A stretch of 64,000 bases of DNA, from IMG/VR virus record IMGVR_UViG_3300047576_000027, positions 43,604 to 107,603 of that record; one strand, given 5' to 3'. The notes beneath the pieces are model-generated. The model saw only the letters and a program-made list of their open reading frames with translations. It was not told where the DNA came from and did not search any database. Position 1 is the first letter of the stretch. Each line of letters begins with the position of its first letter. The stretch is from a virus. Lineage: Duplodnaviria > Caudoviricetes. A program made the position numbers and the translations under genes. Positions 62,490 to 64,000 of the stretch are shown piece after piece.

Positions 62490-63495
62490 CCTGCATCTCC
62501 GCTTCTTCTTCCGCGAACAGGGATTGCTGTTCGGATTCCTCGTACCATGGATTGAGTTCGACGTTTTTGACCATTTGCTTAAAATAGCTTGGCTTCAACT
62601 CCCCGCCGATCCCGCGCCGGCCGGTTGCCAGTGCCCCACACACTTCAGTCCCCACACCTGCGAACGGCGTCCAGACATTCTCCCCCGGATTACTTCGTAA
62701 AACACAGCAGCGCTCCACAACGTCCTTCTGAAGCGGGTGAACGTGCTGCTCGTCGTCTTCGTCTTTGCCTTCCTCAAATGGCAGTACGTTGCCCATTCGG
62801 ATATCGTCCCAAATACTCGAAGCGTACTGCCTCCAGATCCAGTGCGAGTAGAGGTTCTGTTTTTGGTCGCCGGTCCAGCCGCGATAACGGAGCCGGTCAG
62901 CGGGCATCTTGGTTTCTCCGGCGTAATGCAATAATCCCGTTGGGTTCTTGACCGGAACATCAGACTTCCCGGCCTTTTGAAACAGCAACAGGTAATCGGC
63001 CCCCGCAATACCGGCGTTGAGGGAATCATCCACGACTGTCCGGTGCGCGAGATCCTTTGTCAACGTCCTGTTGCGAACCCATAGTGGCTCCTTCCATATG
63101 ACATGTCGTCCTTTGTAGCGGAACTCGTGGGATTCATGAAGCCGGATAATATCGCCAGGGAAATCCGTGAGTGAATCGCCGCCGCTGTTTCCCGTGGGCA
63201 CTTCCGCCGCATGAACGCATGAGAACCGGCCTGGAAGTGTGATCCTCTGGATTTGCTCCACAAAGAATTCGTAGTGCTGCATGAACGTTTTATAGTCGTG
63301 GCAGTTGGACAGGTCGCGTTCACTGGAACTGTAAACGTAAAGCCCCGCGCCGCCCGGCCGCTTGGTCCCAAAAGGGGGAGAGTAAATTGAAAGATGCATG
63401 GAATTATCGGGAAACCCCTGCATGATATCAACACTGTCGCCGTTATACAGCGCATAGTTACTGCCGATCTTTTGATCCAGAACCTTTACAGCCAA
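62473..63495 (-). CDS. DNA N4/N6 methyltransferase (beta class)
   Basis: YSPPF, HVHPLQ, PFAGVG, ELKPSYF. Confidence 0.9.
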   Translation of the reverse strand: MAVKVLDQKIGSNYALYNGDSVDIMQGFPDNSMHLSIYSPPFGTKRPGGAGLYVYSSSERDLSNCHDYKTFMQHYEFFVEQIQRITLPGRFSCVHAAEVPTGNSGGDSLTDFPGDIIRLHESHEFRYKGRHVIWKEPLWVRNRTLTKDLAHRTVVDDSLNAGIAGADYLLLFQKAGKSDVPVKNPTGLLHYAGETKMPADRLRYRGWTGDQKQNLYSHWIWRQYASSIWDDIRMGNVLPFEEGKDEDDEQHVHPLQKDVVERCCVLRSNPGENVWTPFAGVGTEVCGALATGRRGIGGELKPSYFKQMVKNVELNPWYEESEQQSLFAEEEAEMQDEISA

Positions 63496-64000
63496 GTTGG
63501 CACCTCCGCCAGCATATTGAACTTCATACTCCGGTCAATCCCGAGGGCTTCGTTCATGCGCTCGATCATCTTTGCAAACATCTGCGCTGCCTGATCAGCC
63601 TTTCGCTTCTGGTTACTCATCACCGCCCGGTCACCCTCAGTCATCACGATATCGATCCGAACGTTACTGGTCTGGCCAAACCGCCATGAGCGGCGCACCT
63701 GCTGGTAGTATTGCTCGAAACTGTTATTAGGGAACGTCACCTGGTGCGCGCAGTGTTGAAAATTCATTCCATAGCAGGCAATCTTGGGCTTGACGATAAG
63801 CCGCTTGAAGTGGCCGTTAATGAAGGCCATAAACTTCTCTTCCTTCGCATCATCTTTATCCCGTCCGCTGACCTGAACTGAATCGGGAATCATTTTGGCG
63901 AGTAAATCCCCCTCGGGATTCAGGTGACACCAGACGATAGAGGACGGGTGTGACTCTACGAGTTCCGCTACTTTTTTGCACCGTTCTTCGATTGACACCC
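63486..64000 (-). CDS. SNF2-like helicase, C-terminal part (truncated by window)
   Basis: IVWC, YGMNFQH, QQVRRSWRFGQ motif VI. Confidence 0.85.
   Translation of the reverse strand, partial: VSIEERCKKVAELVESHPSSIVWCHLNPEGDLLAKMIPDSVQVSGRDKDDAKEEKFMAFINGHFKRLIVKPKIACYGMNFQHCAHQVTFPNNSFEQYYQQVRRSWRFGQTSNVRIDIVMTEGDRAVMSNQKRKADQAAQMFAKMIERMNEALGIDRSMKFNMLAEVPTWL

Overview
This is a 64-kb segment of a short-tailed (podovirus-like) dsDNA phage or prophage. The host is probably Acidobacteriota, inferred from a PEP-CTERM gene and the signal-peptide style. Left end (+): two GT2 glycosyltransferases, two SAM methyltransferases and a proteasome-like Ntn hydrolase. About 2-44.6 kb (-): morphogenesis genes, including a putative TerS, a TerL split into ATPase and nuclease genes, portal, scaffold, major capsid, decoration proteins, duplicated head-tail adaptors, tail nozzle, ejection proteins and three spikes/fibres. 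44.6-53.8 kb (+): a serine resolvase, three paralogous HTH proteins flanking an iteron-rich putative origin, and small early genes with a twister-type ribozyme. 53.8-64 kb (-): Prim-Pol/VapE primase-helicase, PAPS-reductase-like protein, PEP-CTERM protein, a C5-MTase with a nested alternative-frame subunit, an N4/N6-MTase and an SNF2-like helicase. The most striking signal is that all three spike/fibre proteins carry Sec-type signal peptides and exactly 10 cysteines each, largely arranged as neighbouring pairs. In the two paralogous spikes the signal precedes a virion-docking motif and the cysteines co-vary in pairs. This suggests receptor-binding appendages that are exported, disulfide-folded and attached to the virion outside the cytoplasm. 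Three apparent frameshifts and one nonsense codon mean sequence error or prophage decay cannot be excluded. All assignments come from motif recognition by eye; no database searches were run.
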